A stretch of DNA of 33,088 bases from a virus. Each line of letters starts with the position of its first letter. The stretch's first letter is position 1. The stretch lies in IMG/VR virus record IMGVR_UViG_3300035666_000104; one strand, given 5' to 3'. The notes below the pieces were generated by a model, which had not been told where the DNA came from, searched no databases, and was given only the letters and a program-made list of their open reading frames with translations. Made by a program: the position numbers and the translations under genes. This document shows, one piece after another, positions 19,940 through 27,040 of the stretch.

Positions 19940-20355
19940 TTATACTTTCTCTTTGATATGATGTTTTTATAAAACTTAACTGATGATGTGTCTTGAATTG
20001 ATTCGGTCCAAACCTTGTCTGTTAGTTTGTTTAGTTCACTGGTCAATTGTTCTTTGAGTAGAGGTTGTTTCAAGAATAATGTGTATTCAATCTTTGTATA
20101 TGATTTACCTGTATAGACAAATGATTCTGAAATATCTTTGGAACAAAGAAACTTATCATAAAACAAATCTGTATTGATTGAGTTTGATATTGACCTTGAA
20201 ATGTTTTTACAGACCCTGTTAATGTCTTTTATCTTATCCTCACCATCAGTCTGAATTGTTCCTTTGAATTCAAGGTAACACGCTTTCATCGTGTCTCTAT
20301 CCATTGTACCTGAGTTAACCTGAATGTTCGGATAATCCTTAATTGGAAAGGTCAT
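19936..20355 (-). CDS. Hypothetical protein between terS and terL
   Basis: ORF track entry. I prefer the MTFPIKD start (20355), which lies 7 nt after the terS stop. The listed start is 20394. Confidence 0.65.
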   Translation of the reverse strand: MTFPIKDYPNIQVNSGTMDRDTMKACYLEFKGTIQTDGEDKIKDINRVCKNISRSISNSINTDLFYDKFLCSKDISESFVYTGKSYTKIEYTLFLKQPLLKEQLTSELNKLTDKVWTESIQDTSSVKFYKNIISKRKYK

Positions 20356-20362
20356 TAACTTT

Positions 20363-20803
20363 CTATTGGTTTGACTTGGATTCTTCATCTTCAATTTTTG
20401 TTCTAATGATTTCTATTTGAACTTTGTTATTGGAATCAATCTTATCTCCACCAGTTGTGATATCAACTTTCTTCTCCACATTCCACTCATCCTTAAATCT
20501 ATTCCTCATTATCAGAGAATAAAGATTAGAATTCAGATTCTTTGACTCACCGTTCTTAAATCCTTTTCTTGGTATTGAGGACCACCATGTGTGTGATAAT
20601 TCTCTGAACTCTTGAACGGATTCCGAAAAATCTGGTTCTTCTTCTATCAATCTCCAAAATGTTTGTTTATTGATTCCGAGTTTAACTCTGAGGTCCACAT
20701 CAAAATGTCCTTCTTGACCCATCTCTTTACAAATGAGTTTCCAATTCGTTGGTAAATCATTTAGGGTTATCTTAGGTCGTCCTACTGGATTCGTATTGTT
20801 CAT
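20363..20803 (-). CDS. terS: Terminase small subunit
   Basis: N-terminal GRPKITLNDLP HTH-like segment and ..LYSLIMRNRFKDEW.. pattern. Lies upstream of terL. Confidence 0.65.
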   Translation of the reverse strand: MNNTNPVGRPKITLNDLPTNWKLICKEMGQEGHFDVDLRVKLGINKQTFWRLIEEEPDFSESVQEFRELSHTWWSSIPRKGFKNGESKNLNSNLYSLIMRNRFKDEWNVEKKVDITTGGDKIDSNNKVQIEIIRTKIEDEESKSNQ

Positions 20804-21086
20804 ATTCTGTTAGTTTTTCGTTTAGGTGTTCCATCCTTGTTTTAACTCTTTCCCAACAGTTTACACAGTTTGGAACTTGGTGGTCTGAAAACTGTGAGTT
20901 ATGGAAGTCCATTGTCCATTTTCTTTCCATTGGAGAGTTTGTTATTTCTCGAACATAGTTTAATGCACGGTCAATTTGTTCTCTCGTGTAGTTCGGTTTG
21001 GATGGTTGTGATACGATATTGACCGTACCTTCTCTAATTATCTGTGGTCTTGATTGTACTTGTTTTGATTTACAATTACATCCCAT
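20772..21086 (-). CDS. Hypothetical Cys-containing protein
   Basis: ORF track entry, with CNC...PNCVNCW motifs. Confidence 0.65.
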   Translation of the reverse strand: MGCNCKSKQVQSRPQIIREGTVNIVSQPSKPNYTREQIDRALNYVREITNSPMERKWTMDFHNSQFSDHQVPNCVNCWERVKTRMEHLNEKLTEYEQYESSRTT

Positions 21087-21579
21087 AATCTAAAAATTTT
21101 TGTCGTGATAACCTCAGGTCTCTACGATATGTGTTTATGTCTTTGGATACTGTGTTGGGTGGGATTGTGGTTCGTTTTGCTGTGTTCTTGATTGAACAAT
21201 CTTCTTCAAGGTAGATTTGAAATAGACGAGCAAAATACCACTTATCCGTTCTCTTATCCTGATTGATTTTGTTATTGACCCATTCAATCGTTATGGGTGA
21301 TTCCTTGTATTCAACATCAGGTATTTCAATATCCTTGAATTCTATGTACTGATGTTTCTTGTATTGGTGATAGTAAGGAGAACTCCTTGATGAATAGTTA
21401 TTTCGAACTATACGAGCAAAAAAATACAACTTCTCTTGGTCAGGTAAGGAATATACTTTCTGATTTTTGAGAAGTTGTTCTATACATAGTTGAAGTAGGT
21501 CATCGATATCATCAGACCTTGTAATCTTATTACAGATTAGTTTTAATTCTTTTAGGTTTTGTTCTATCCACTTATTCAA
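21076..21579 (-). CDS. ECF-like RNA polymerase sigma factor
   Basis: Region-2-like DDIDDLLQLCIEQLL...YFFARIVRNNYSSRSS and region-4-like WYFARLFQIYLEEDCSIKNTAKRTTIPPNTVSKDINTYRRDL. Confidence 0.6.
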   Translation of the reverse strand: MNKWIEQNLKELKLICNKITRSDDIDDLLQLCIEQLLKNQKVYSLPDQEKLYFFARIVRNNYSSRSSPYYHQYKKHQYIEFKDIEIPDVEYKESPITIEWVNNKINQDKRTDKWYFARLFQIYLEEDCSIKNTAKRTTIPPNTVSKDINTYRRDLRLSRQKFLDYGM

Positions 21580-21590
21580 GATAATTTGGT

Positions 21591-21830
21591 TTACTTTCCT
21601 TTATACAAAACCCTATTGTAATATTTCCCTTCGGGTGTCCAAAAATCTTCTACTCTTTGGAGTGCACCTTTAAGAACTAAATTTCTTACCTTATCTCTTG
21701 TTATGTTTGGAGAAATATGTAGTTTCATTCCCAAATCAATGTTAGATAAAGTTGAATAAGGTTTGTCTGAATTCTCAATATCTTTAATGATGATATCAAG
21801 TACGGCTTGCTCTCTTGGATTTAATTTCAT
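21591..21830 (-). CDS. Small winged-helix DNA-binding protein (putative regulator)
   Basis: 79 aa, with an HTH-like segment ..LSNIDLGMKLHISPNITRDKVRNLVLKGAL.. Confidence 0.45.
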   Translation of the reverse strand: MKLNPREQAVLDIIIKDIENSDKPYSTLSNIDLGMKLHISPNITRDKVRNLVLKGALQRVEDFWTPEGKYYNRVLYKGK

Positions 21831-21870
21831 ATATTTTTTCTTTTAAGTATAGGTATAGTTGGGTGAAGTA

Positions 21871-22161
21871 TCAATCTTCTTTTGGAAAATATTTATATTC
21901 AGAACAATCTTTATTTAACTTATCCAATGTTCTCTTGAAGATATCTGCTATCTCATAGTTTTCCTGTTCTTCTGATTTAAGTATTGTTCCTTTAATCTTA
22001 TCAATATACATCCAGATAAGTTTTGGTTCTATTTGTAATGCTCGTTTGTAGTGATTTGTAATAACATCAGATATGTGTTCTTTATCTTCTTCTCCAAGTT
22101 GAAAATATTCTCTCACATCTGTGTTCAAGTACTTGTTCAAAAAATTATTAAATTCTTCCAT
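21871..22161 (-). CDS. Hypothetical protein
   Basis: ORF track entry. No motif recognised. Confidence 0.65.
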   Translation of the reverse strand: MEEFNNFLNKYLNTDVREYFQLGEEDKEHISDVITNHYKRALQIEPKLIWMYIDKIKGTILKSEEQENYEIADIFKRTLDKLNKDCSEYKYFPKED

Positions 22162-22183
22162 ATGGTATACTATAAATACTTTA

Positions 22184-22564
22184 TTATAAATTGAATTTCT
22201 TTAATACCAGTTGCAATTGCTCTTTCTCTTTATCTTTCTCTTTATCTTTATCTTTATCTTTATCTTTAAGGTTTTGTGGGTTAGGTTGGGTTTCAGAAAA
22301 ACCCATTGGGTTATTTTGGGTTTTAGGTCTACCACCTAATACTCCATTTCTCTTGTTTGTTTCAACTTTCTTTGAATAATTCTGTGATTGAATTTCAAAG
22401 TCACGGCGGATTACCATAAAAATACCCAAGATAAGCGGGTCGGTTATTGTGGGTTCTTGTCCGTTCTTGAATAACCCAACCGATTTGATTAGGATTCCTG
22501 CTTGTTCATCAGTCAGATTTTTCATCAGTTCAAAGTGACTGTCGTAGATTATTACATTTTTCAT
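22184..22564 (-). CDS. DUF6291/DUF4373-like protein (possible replication-associated DNA-binding protein) with a (KD/KE)n tail
   Basis: ..LTDEQAGILIKSV...NKRNGVLGGRPK.. pattern. It is the first gene of the long minus-strand block. Confidence 0.5.
   Translation of the reverse strand: MKNVIIYDSHFELMKNLTDEQAGILIKSVGLFKNGQEPTITDPLILGIFMVIRRDFEIQSQNYSKKVETNKRNGVLGGRPKTQNNPMGFSETQPNPQNLKDKDKDKDKEKDKEKEQLQLVLKKFNL
22219..22268. repeat. Hexanucleotide microsatellite (tatctt)n
   Basis: Four perfect tatctt units plus diverged flanking units. They encode KDKDKDKDKEKDKEKE. Confidence 0.85.
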
Positions 22565-22646
22565 TTATCTTTTTTTTAGTTCAGTAAGTTTAGTATCTAT
22601 AAGTATATCGTTTACAAACAAAAGAATCAAGTTTATATTTATTAAT

Positions 22647-23003
22647 ATGAAAAAATGTAAGAAATGTGGAATAGAAAAACCACTTGAAGAATTCGGTAAA
22701 AGAAAACTCAACTACGATGGACTCAATGGGCAATGTAGAGTGTGTGAGAGTGAGTATGGTAAATTGTATCGTCAAGGTTATAGAGCAAAAAATGATGAAA
22801 ACAGAAATGTTGATTCAAGTCACATAGACATGAAAGGTATCAGGAAGTCAGAATGGTGCCACACTTACAGAATCCTATCTAAAATCGGTTATAATCCGTC
22901 AGATGATATTCACTATCAATTTGTAAAAAAACACCCTAATTTGACCTTAAAAGACCGTCCTGCGAAAAATGTAAAACACTTCACTTGGGAGGACTGTAAA
23001 TAA
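22647..23003 (+). CDS. Zinc-ribbon protein (CxxC...CxxC). The only plus-strand gene.
   Basis: MKKCKKCGIEKPLEEFGKRK..DGLNGQCRVCESEY. This kind of N-terminus is seen on some phage HNH/EndoVII-type ORFs, but no nuclease motif is present here. Confidence 0.7.
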   Translation: MKKCKKCGIEKPLEEFGKRKLNYDGLNGQCRVCESEYGKLYRQGYRAKNDENRNVDSSHIDMKGIRKSEWCHTYRILSKIGYNPSDDIHYQFVKKHPNLTLKDRPAKNVKHFTWEDCK

Positions 23004-23032
23004 AAAACCCCCATCATTACGACAGGGGTTTT
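23004..23032. terminator. Weak bidirectional hairpin between convergent genes
   Basis: AAAACCCC-13 nt-GGGGTTTT. On the minus strand it is followed by T6. The stem is only 4-5 GC pairs. Confidence 0.4.
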
Positions 23033-23051
23033 ATCATCAAAAAACAAGAAA

Positions 23052-23483
23052 CTACAACAAGGATAATAAGATGATGATACCGATAACGAATCCAATGATT
23101 TCAGGTAACAAAGATTTTTGTTTAACCTCTTGAACCTGTCCATTAGGATTAGTCAAAACCTTTGAGATGGCGGTAATAATATTTTGAATATGTTCGTTCG
23201 CATTCTGAACCTCAACCCAATTGTCGAACGCTCCCAACTTTCTACGGACCTCAATGGAAATCTCGGTCTTGTTAGGACCAACCTCTGTGAGGTTGATGTC
23301 GATGAATACACCAAGAGACAGGAACTCTGACGCTTCGAATGTATACTGATTGAACATTGGGTTCTGTGATTGAATACGATATTTGGTAAAAACCTTTGGA
23401 ATGGTAAGAACACAGTCCTTTACCTGAGACATAGGGAAATCAATAGTGACCTTCTTGGTCGGGTTGGCGATTGCTCCAATCAT
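23052..23483 (-). CDS. Tail-anchored membrane protein (C-terminal TM helix)
   Basis: C-terminal PEIIGFVIGIIILLSLL. It is the last gene of the early region. Confidence 0.7.
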   Translation of the reverse strand: MIGAIANPTKKVTIDFPMSQVKDCVLTIPKVFTKYRIQSQNPMFNQYTFEASEFLSLGVFIDINLTEVGPNKTEISIEVRRKLGAFDNWVEVQNANEHIQNIITAISKVLTNPNGQVQEVKQKSLLPEIIGFVIGIIILLSLL

Positions 23484-23538
23484 AGTTATAGTTGTTCAGA
23501 TTGTGTCCTGTCCCCGATGTTGATTGATGATTAAAAGA

Positions 23539-23570
23539 CAAAGTTAATTATATTTTGCTAACTCAACAAA
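23539..23570 (-). promoter_or_regulatory. Bacteroidota-type promoter TTTG-N20-TAACTTTG
   Basis: Minus strand reads TTTGttgagttagcaaaatataatTAACTTTG, about 55 nt upstream of the ATG at 23483. Confidence 0.55.
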
Positions 23571-23846
23571 AAAATCGTTGTAATCTTCGAAAATTTCATC
23601 ATAGATATCTTGGAAAATTCCATCACCTCTTGGGTCTTGTTCCCATCTTTGGAGAATCCAAGATTTAATTCTGAGTTGAGAACGAAGTTCCATGTATAGG
23701 GATATCATATGAAATAAGGAAGTTGTGGATACATCACTCCATTCAGCATCCTTATCATCGTCAGATATAAGTCCTAAGAATTGATTCGTCATACCATCGA
23801 TGAACCATTTGTCTGCTTCAGAGAAGCGAGTGATAAATTCAGTCAT
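23544..23846 (-). CDS. Small highly acidic protein
   Basis: ORF track entry. By my count about 21 D/E against about 9 K/R in 100 aa. Confidence 0.7.
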   Translation of the reverse strand: MTEFITRFSEADKWFIDGMTNQFLGLISDDDKDAEWSDVSTTSLFHMISLYMELRSQLRIKSWILQRWEQDPRGDGIFQDIYDEIFEDYNDFFVELAKYN

Positions 23847-23864
23847 AGTTATAGTTTTTAATGA

Positions 23865-24038
23865 TTAAGAAAATAGACCTTGTAACATTCCGATGATAAA
23901 GGTAATGATGATACACCACTTCACAAAACCCCAAACCACATTGAATATTCCATCAATACCTGATGACCTCATAACTCTGTTTGCTCCTCTTGAACCAACA
24001 GTATGACCGAAACCTCTAACAATAGATTTGAATAACAT
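23865..24038 (-). CDS. Unlisted 57-aa membrane protein (MLFKSIVRGFGHTVGSRGANRVMRSSGIDGIFNVVWGFVKWCIIITFIIGMLQGLFS)
   Basis: Hand translation. It fills a 200-bp gap and has a C-terminal TM helix. It falls below the ORF-track size cutoff. Confidence 0.5.
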   Translation of the reverse strand: MLFKSIVRGFGHTVGSRGANRVMRSSGIDGIFNVVWGFVKWCIIITFIIGMLQGLFS

Positions 24039-24049
24039 AACGATTAATT

Positions 24050-24268
24050 TTAATTACCACCGTGGAGATGGCATTTTGAGTTACAAGATAGGGTTAAATT
24101 CTTACAACGAGAACCTGACTGAGTTGTCCCGACACATTGAACAGATACAGTTCTCTTACCATTACAAGGTTGAGTTGTAGTGGTTTGGTTAGATACTGGA
24201 AGGATGTCTGTTTTCTCACAAGACATAAGTGCAATTGAGGTGATTGCGACCAATAGGAATTTTTTCAT
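24050..24268 (-). CDS. Small lipoprotein with a Cys-rich C-terminus
   Basis: Signal peptide plus lipobox MKKFLLVAITSIALMSC. C-terminal QCVGTTQSGSRCKNLTLSCNSKCHLH. Confidence 0.7.
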   Translation of the reverse strand: MKKFLLVAITSIALMSCEKTDILPVSNQTTTTQPCNGKRTVSVQCVGTTQSGSRCKNLTLSCNSKCHLHGGN

Positions 24269-24285
24269 TGTTTCTTGATTTTATA

Positions 24286-24316
24286 CGAAGTTAGGAAATT
24301 ATTCTGATTCGGCAAA
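24286..24316 (-). promoter_or_regulatory. Early promoter cassette TTTG-N19-TAACTTCG
   Basis: Minus strand reads TTTGccgaatcagaataatttccTAACTTCGtataaaatcaagaaacaATG. Confidence 0.55.
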
Positions 24317-24451
24317 AAATTCTTGGTATTCTTTTTTTAATTTTCCCTGAGCCATAAGAGACCATAACAAACCAGAAATCTGTTCTTCATTGAGGATTTG
24401 TGCTAATGTCCAAACGCAGGTGTCTTCTGAACTAACGAGTAGTGTTTTCAT
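24299..24451 (-). CDS. Unlisted 50-aa ORF (MKTLLVSSEDTCVWTLAQILNEEQISGLLWSLMAQGKLKKEYQEFFAESE)
   Basis: Hand translation. It fills the gap between two listed genes. Confidence 0.45.
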   Translation of the reverse strand: MKTLLVSSEDTCVWTLAQILNEEQISGLLWSLMAQGKLKKEYQEFFAESE

Positions 24452-24456
24452 TCTTA

Positions 24457-24714
24457 TTAGTTTTTATCTGTGAAATAATCTTCTGTTGTAAATTCTGCCA
24501 TCATCGCAACCCCAACCAATGAGTAATAGGTCTTATCATCCCCAACCCAATCCACAAAACCTAACTCCTTAGTATCGAAATCAAGACGGATTTCATAATG
24601 ATGTTTACCATCATTCAAATACCATACAACCAAATTACCTTGTGTTGAACCAACACTGAATCCTGTGAAAGCGGAGATTCTTGAAATCATCCATACATCT
24701 AATTTGTTTTCCAT
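24457..24714 (-). CDS. Hypothetical early protein, paralogue of 26219..26467
   Basis: Shared SRIS..W.N..G...FVD...D.KTY......T..DYF..K pattern. Confidence 0.75.
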   Translation of the reverse strand: MENKLDVWMISRISAFTGFSVGSTQGNLVVWYLNDGKHHYEIRLDFDTKELGFVDWVGDDKTYYSLVGVAMMAEFTTEDYFTDKN

Positions 24715-24726
24715 TGTTTCTTAATT

Positions 24727-25041
24727 TTACACGAAGTTAGGGAATTCTACTTTACCAACCAAATCTAATTTATTAATAACACAAGAAATATTTTTATTCT
24801 TGAAGGTTAAAATTGTGAATTTATGACCATATGAATTAGTACAAACACTTCCTTGTATAAAATCCATATCCAACAATTTGGATGGATTTGGAACATCCGT
24901 AGGATTACCCAAATAGTGTGGGATTGATTGTTGTAAAAATTCCGTGAGGGTTATGTTGAGGTCTCTCGAATAAAGAACTTCGTTTTTACCGATTTCACAT
25001 AACATAACAGCGTTGATTCTTGTGTCTGATGATAGTTTCAT
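24727..25041 (-). CDS. Hypothetical early protein
   Basis: ORF track entry. Confidence 0.7.
   Translation of the reverse strand: MKLSSDTRINAVMLCEIGKNEVLYSRDLNITLTEFLQQSIPHYLGNPTDVPNPSKLLDMDFIQGSVCTNSYGHKFTILTFKNKNISCVINKLDLVGKVEFPNFV
24732..24763 (-). promoter_or_regulatory. Early promoter cassette TTTG-N20-TAACTTCG
   Basis: Minus strand reads TTTGgttggtaaagtagaattcccTAACTTCGtgtaaaattaagaaacaATG. It overlaps the last codons (PNFV*) of the upstream gene. Confidence 0.55.
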
Positions 25042-25057
25042 AATTGATGATTTTACA

Positions 25058-25089
25058 CGAAGTTAGGGGATTAGTTCGATTCTTCCAAA
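25058..25089 (-). promoter_or_regulatory. Early promoter cassette TTTG-N20-TAACTTCG
   Basis: Minus strand reads TTTGgaagaatcgaactaatccccTAACTTCGtgtaaaatcatcaattATG. Confidence 0.55.
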
Positions 25090-25640
25090 ATTAATTTTAT
25101 TTGTCTTTGAACTGTGTCCAACATTGTGGTAGACCTTATGTCGTTAAAGTTATTATACAAATGGTCATAAAGTTCTTCTTCTCTGGCAACCTGTCCATTC
25201 AATTGTCCCACACCATACACATAAATCATATCATACTTTGATTTTGGAATGTATTTGGTTGCCCATTTCTCAATATCCTTGATTTTAAGTTTGTCGTAAT
25301 CACCACCCACATTAAAATCATTACAATTTATCAGGAGATATTTGAATGTCTTGGGGACTCTGAACTTCCAAGTATGTGGAGACATTTCACTTACAGTAGT
25401 TAAAGCATAGTGAGAGTCATATAGGTCACCATTTTCATCGATTAACCAGTAATGGAAATCGTAACCCCAATTCCACGATTTAGCAGAATTTGACCAATAG
25501 AGAACTGTTCCACATTCCGCTGTGAAGTTATACGCCTTCTCCATAAACTGAGCACGATACAAACAAGTATTCCAACCGATAAGTGGTTCAATACCCTTAA
25601 AATTGTCTAAATTTTTTACTATTCCTCTTGATGTCTCCAT
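25071..25640 (-). CDS. Hypothetical early protein (189 aa)
   Basis: ORF track entry. No motif recognised. Confidence 0.75.
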   Translation of the reverse strand: METSRGIVKNLDNFKGIEPLIGWNTCLYRAQFMEKAYNFTAECGTVLYWSNSAKSWNWGYDFHYWLIDENGDLYDSHYALTTVSEMSPHTWKFRVPKTFKYLLINCNDFNVGGDYDKLKIKDIEKWATKYIPKSKYDMIYVYGVGQLNGQVAREEELYDHLYNNFNDIRSTTMLDTVQRQIKLILEESN

Positions 25641-25647
25641 TGTGATT

Positions 25648-25670
25648 GATTTTACACGAAGTTAGGAAAT
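25648..25670 (-). promoter_or_regulatory. Early cassette copy (TAACTTCGTGTAAAATCAATC) without a clear -33 element
   Basis: Contains the same 20-nt core as the other copies. The upstream TTTG is missing. Confidence 0.4.
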
Positions 25671-25979
25671 AGTTTCAGATAAATTCATTTCTTTGGAGAA
25701 ATAGTTTTCCAAAATTTCTTGTCCTGACCAAACTTCATACTCATAACAAGAACTTTCCCAACGCTCGATGATTTTCGCAAAGTCGTGTTTACATAATCTT
25801 ATGATTCTGTTTGAAAGTTCTGTTAGAGATTCCTCAGTGTATTCCATATCATATTCAGACAAATAATCCTCTACATCTGATTCTATGTGGGTTACAACAT
25901 CATTTACACCCCATATTCTACCATCCACGAAATCAGGATGATTAACTACTTCTGACCAAAGTTCATTTAATGTTTTCAT
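25662..25979 (-). CDS. Small acidic protein
   Basis: ORF track entry. D/E-rich. Confidence 0.7.
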   Translation of the reverse strand: MKTLNELWSEVVNHPDFVDGRIWGVNDVVTHIESDVEDYLSEYDMEYTEESLTELSNRIIRLCKHDFAKIIERWESSCYEYEVWSGQEILENYFSKEMNLSETIS

Positions 25980-25998
25980 TGTTTATTGATTTTGATGA

Positions 25999-26172
25999 TT
26001 AGGAATTAAGTTCTACGATAAATCTGTGTGACTCATTGAATCTGTCTGCGAGGTCATTTTCTTCTTCTGACCAACCTCTTTTGAGGTCGACATCACGAAG
26101 ATATGTAATCCATTCTTGGATAATTTCGATTTCTCTTTGTGTAAGAGGTACTTGAAGTTTTGAACCAGTCAT
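25999..26172 (-). CDS. Unlisted 57-aa ORF (MTGSKLQVPLTQREIEIIQEWITYLRDVDLKRGWSEEENDLADRFNESHRFIVELNS)
   Basis: Hand translation. It fills the gap and is preceded by the promoter at 26187-26217. Confidence 0.5.
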   Translation of the reverse strand: MTGSKLQVPLTQREIEIIQEWITYLRDVDLKRGWSEEENDLADRFNESHRFIVELNS

Positions 26173-26186
26173 AGTGTTGTTTTTTA

Positions 26187-26217
26187 CAAAGTTAAGGAAT
26201 TGATTGATACTACCAAA
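26187..26217 (-). promoter_or_regulatory. Bacteroidota-type promoter TTTG-N19-TAACTTTG
   Basis: Minus strand reads TTTGgtagtatcaatcaattcctTAACTTTGtaaaaaacaacactATG. Confidence 0.6.
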
Positions 26218-26218
26218 A

Positions 26219-26467
26219 TTATTTTTTCTTTTCGTTGAAATAATCTCCTGTGGTTACATCAACAGACGCACACAGGGCGAGAATCGCGAAGTAGGTCTTA
26301 GAGTCCAACTTAGAGTCAACAAATTGAAAATGGTTGGTTTCCAAGTCCAAATAAAATTCCCCCTTGTTGTTAATCCATGAAACCGTTGTGTTTGATACGG
26401 AATCAACTTCATCGTTAATCCAAACAGATATTCTTGATACGAAATCTAATAATTGTAAATTGGTCAT
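26219..26467 (-). CDS. Hypothetical early protein, paralogue of 24457..24714
   Basis: I prefer the MTNLQ start (26467). The listed extension to 26500 overlaps the promoter. Confidence 0.7.
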   Translation of the reverse strand: MTNLQLLDFVSRISVWINDEVDSVSNTTVSWINNKGEFYLDLETNHFQFVDSKLDSKTYFAILALCASVDVTTGDYFNEKKK

Positions 26468-26489
26468 AGTTCTTGATGTTTTAGAGAAA

Positions 26490-26520
26490 CGAAGATACAA
26501 CTATTTCTCATACCCACAAA
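26490..26520 (-). promoter_or_regulatory. Promoter TTTG-N19-TATCTTCG, with its -33 element formed by the terminator T-tract
   Basis: Minus strand reads tttttTTTGtgggtatgagaaatagttgTATCTTCG. Confidence 0.5.
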
Positions 26521-26546
26521 AAAAAAAACCTGAATTATTTCAGGTT
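26518..26546 (-). terminator. Intrinsic terminator
   Basis: Minus strand reads AACCTGAA-ataa-TTCAGGTT followed by a long T run. The stem includes the stop codon of 26535..26741. Confidence 0.7.
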
Positions 26547-26741
26547 TTCATTGTACTCATCTACGAGGGTCTCGATTCCGTATACAGTTCGTTGGAACTC
26601 TTCTTCAATCACATCACTCCATAGGTGGATTTGTCCATATTCGTCCAAAGAATAATAGACAGGAATTGATATGAATGCTGTTTTTAGGACATCATGGGAT
26701 TGTAGATTTTCGAGTGTGTTTTGGTCGTTGTAGTTTGCCAT
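26535..26741 (-). CDS. Hypothetical early protein (68 aa)
   Basis: ORF track entry. Confidence 0.7.
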   Translation of the reverse strand: MANYNDQNTLENLQSHDVLKTAFISIPVYYSLDEYGQIHLWSDVIEEEFQRTVYGIETLVDEYNENLK

Positions 26742-26754
26742 TTGTTTGTTTTTA

Positions 26755-26762
26755 CAAAGATA
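26755..26762 (-). promoter_or_regulatory. -7 box TATCTTTG upstream of 26741 (-33 element unclear)
   Basis: Minus strand reads TATCTTTGtaaaaacaaacaaATG. Confidence 0.4.
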
Positions 26763-26767
26763 ATAAA

Positions 26768-27040
26768 TTATAGTGAAACAACATGAAATATTTTTTTTCC
26801 AATCAGAATCATTTCTTGACCCATTGGTGTATCCAATGTTTGAATCTTTGGATTGATATACAGGTCACAAGAAACAGATATTGGATTGACTCCGATACCT
26901 GTCTTCTCACCATCCAATAAAAATTCTCGGAATGTATCTTTATTCACAAGATTGAAAAATAACTCTATATCCCAAATAACATAAATCTCTTGTTGATTAG
27001 GTAAAATAAAGGTTATTACTATTTCATATTTCCTGTCCAT
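26768..27040 (-). CDS. Hypothetical early protein (90 aa, start MDRKYEIV)
   Basis: The listed start at 27094 lies deep inside the GNAT gene. An internal ATG at 27040 gives a 17-nt overlap instead. Confidence 0.6.
   Translation of the reverse strand: MDRKYEIVITFILPNQQEIYVIWDIELFFNLVNKDTFREFLLDGEKTGIGVNPISVSCDLYINPKIQTLDTPMGQEMILIGKKIFHVVSL

Noticed and set aside
22590-22775. Minus-strand 61-aa ORF overlapping the divergent gap and the 5' end of the zinc-ribbon gene
   Set aside because: It overlaps the better-supported plus-strand CxxC...CxxC gene and the intergenic promoter region. Its translation is hydrophobic with no recognisable features.
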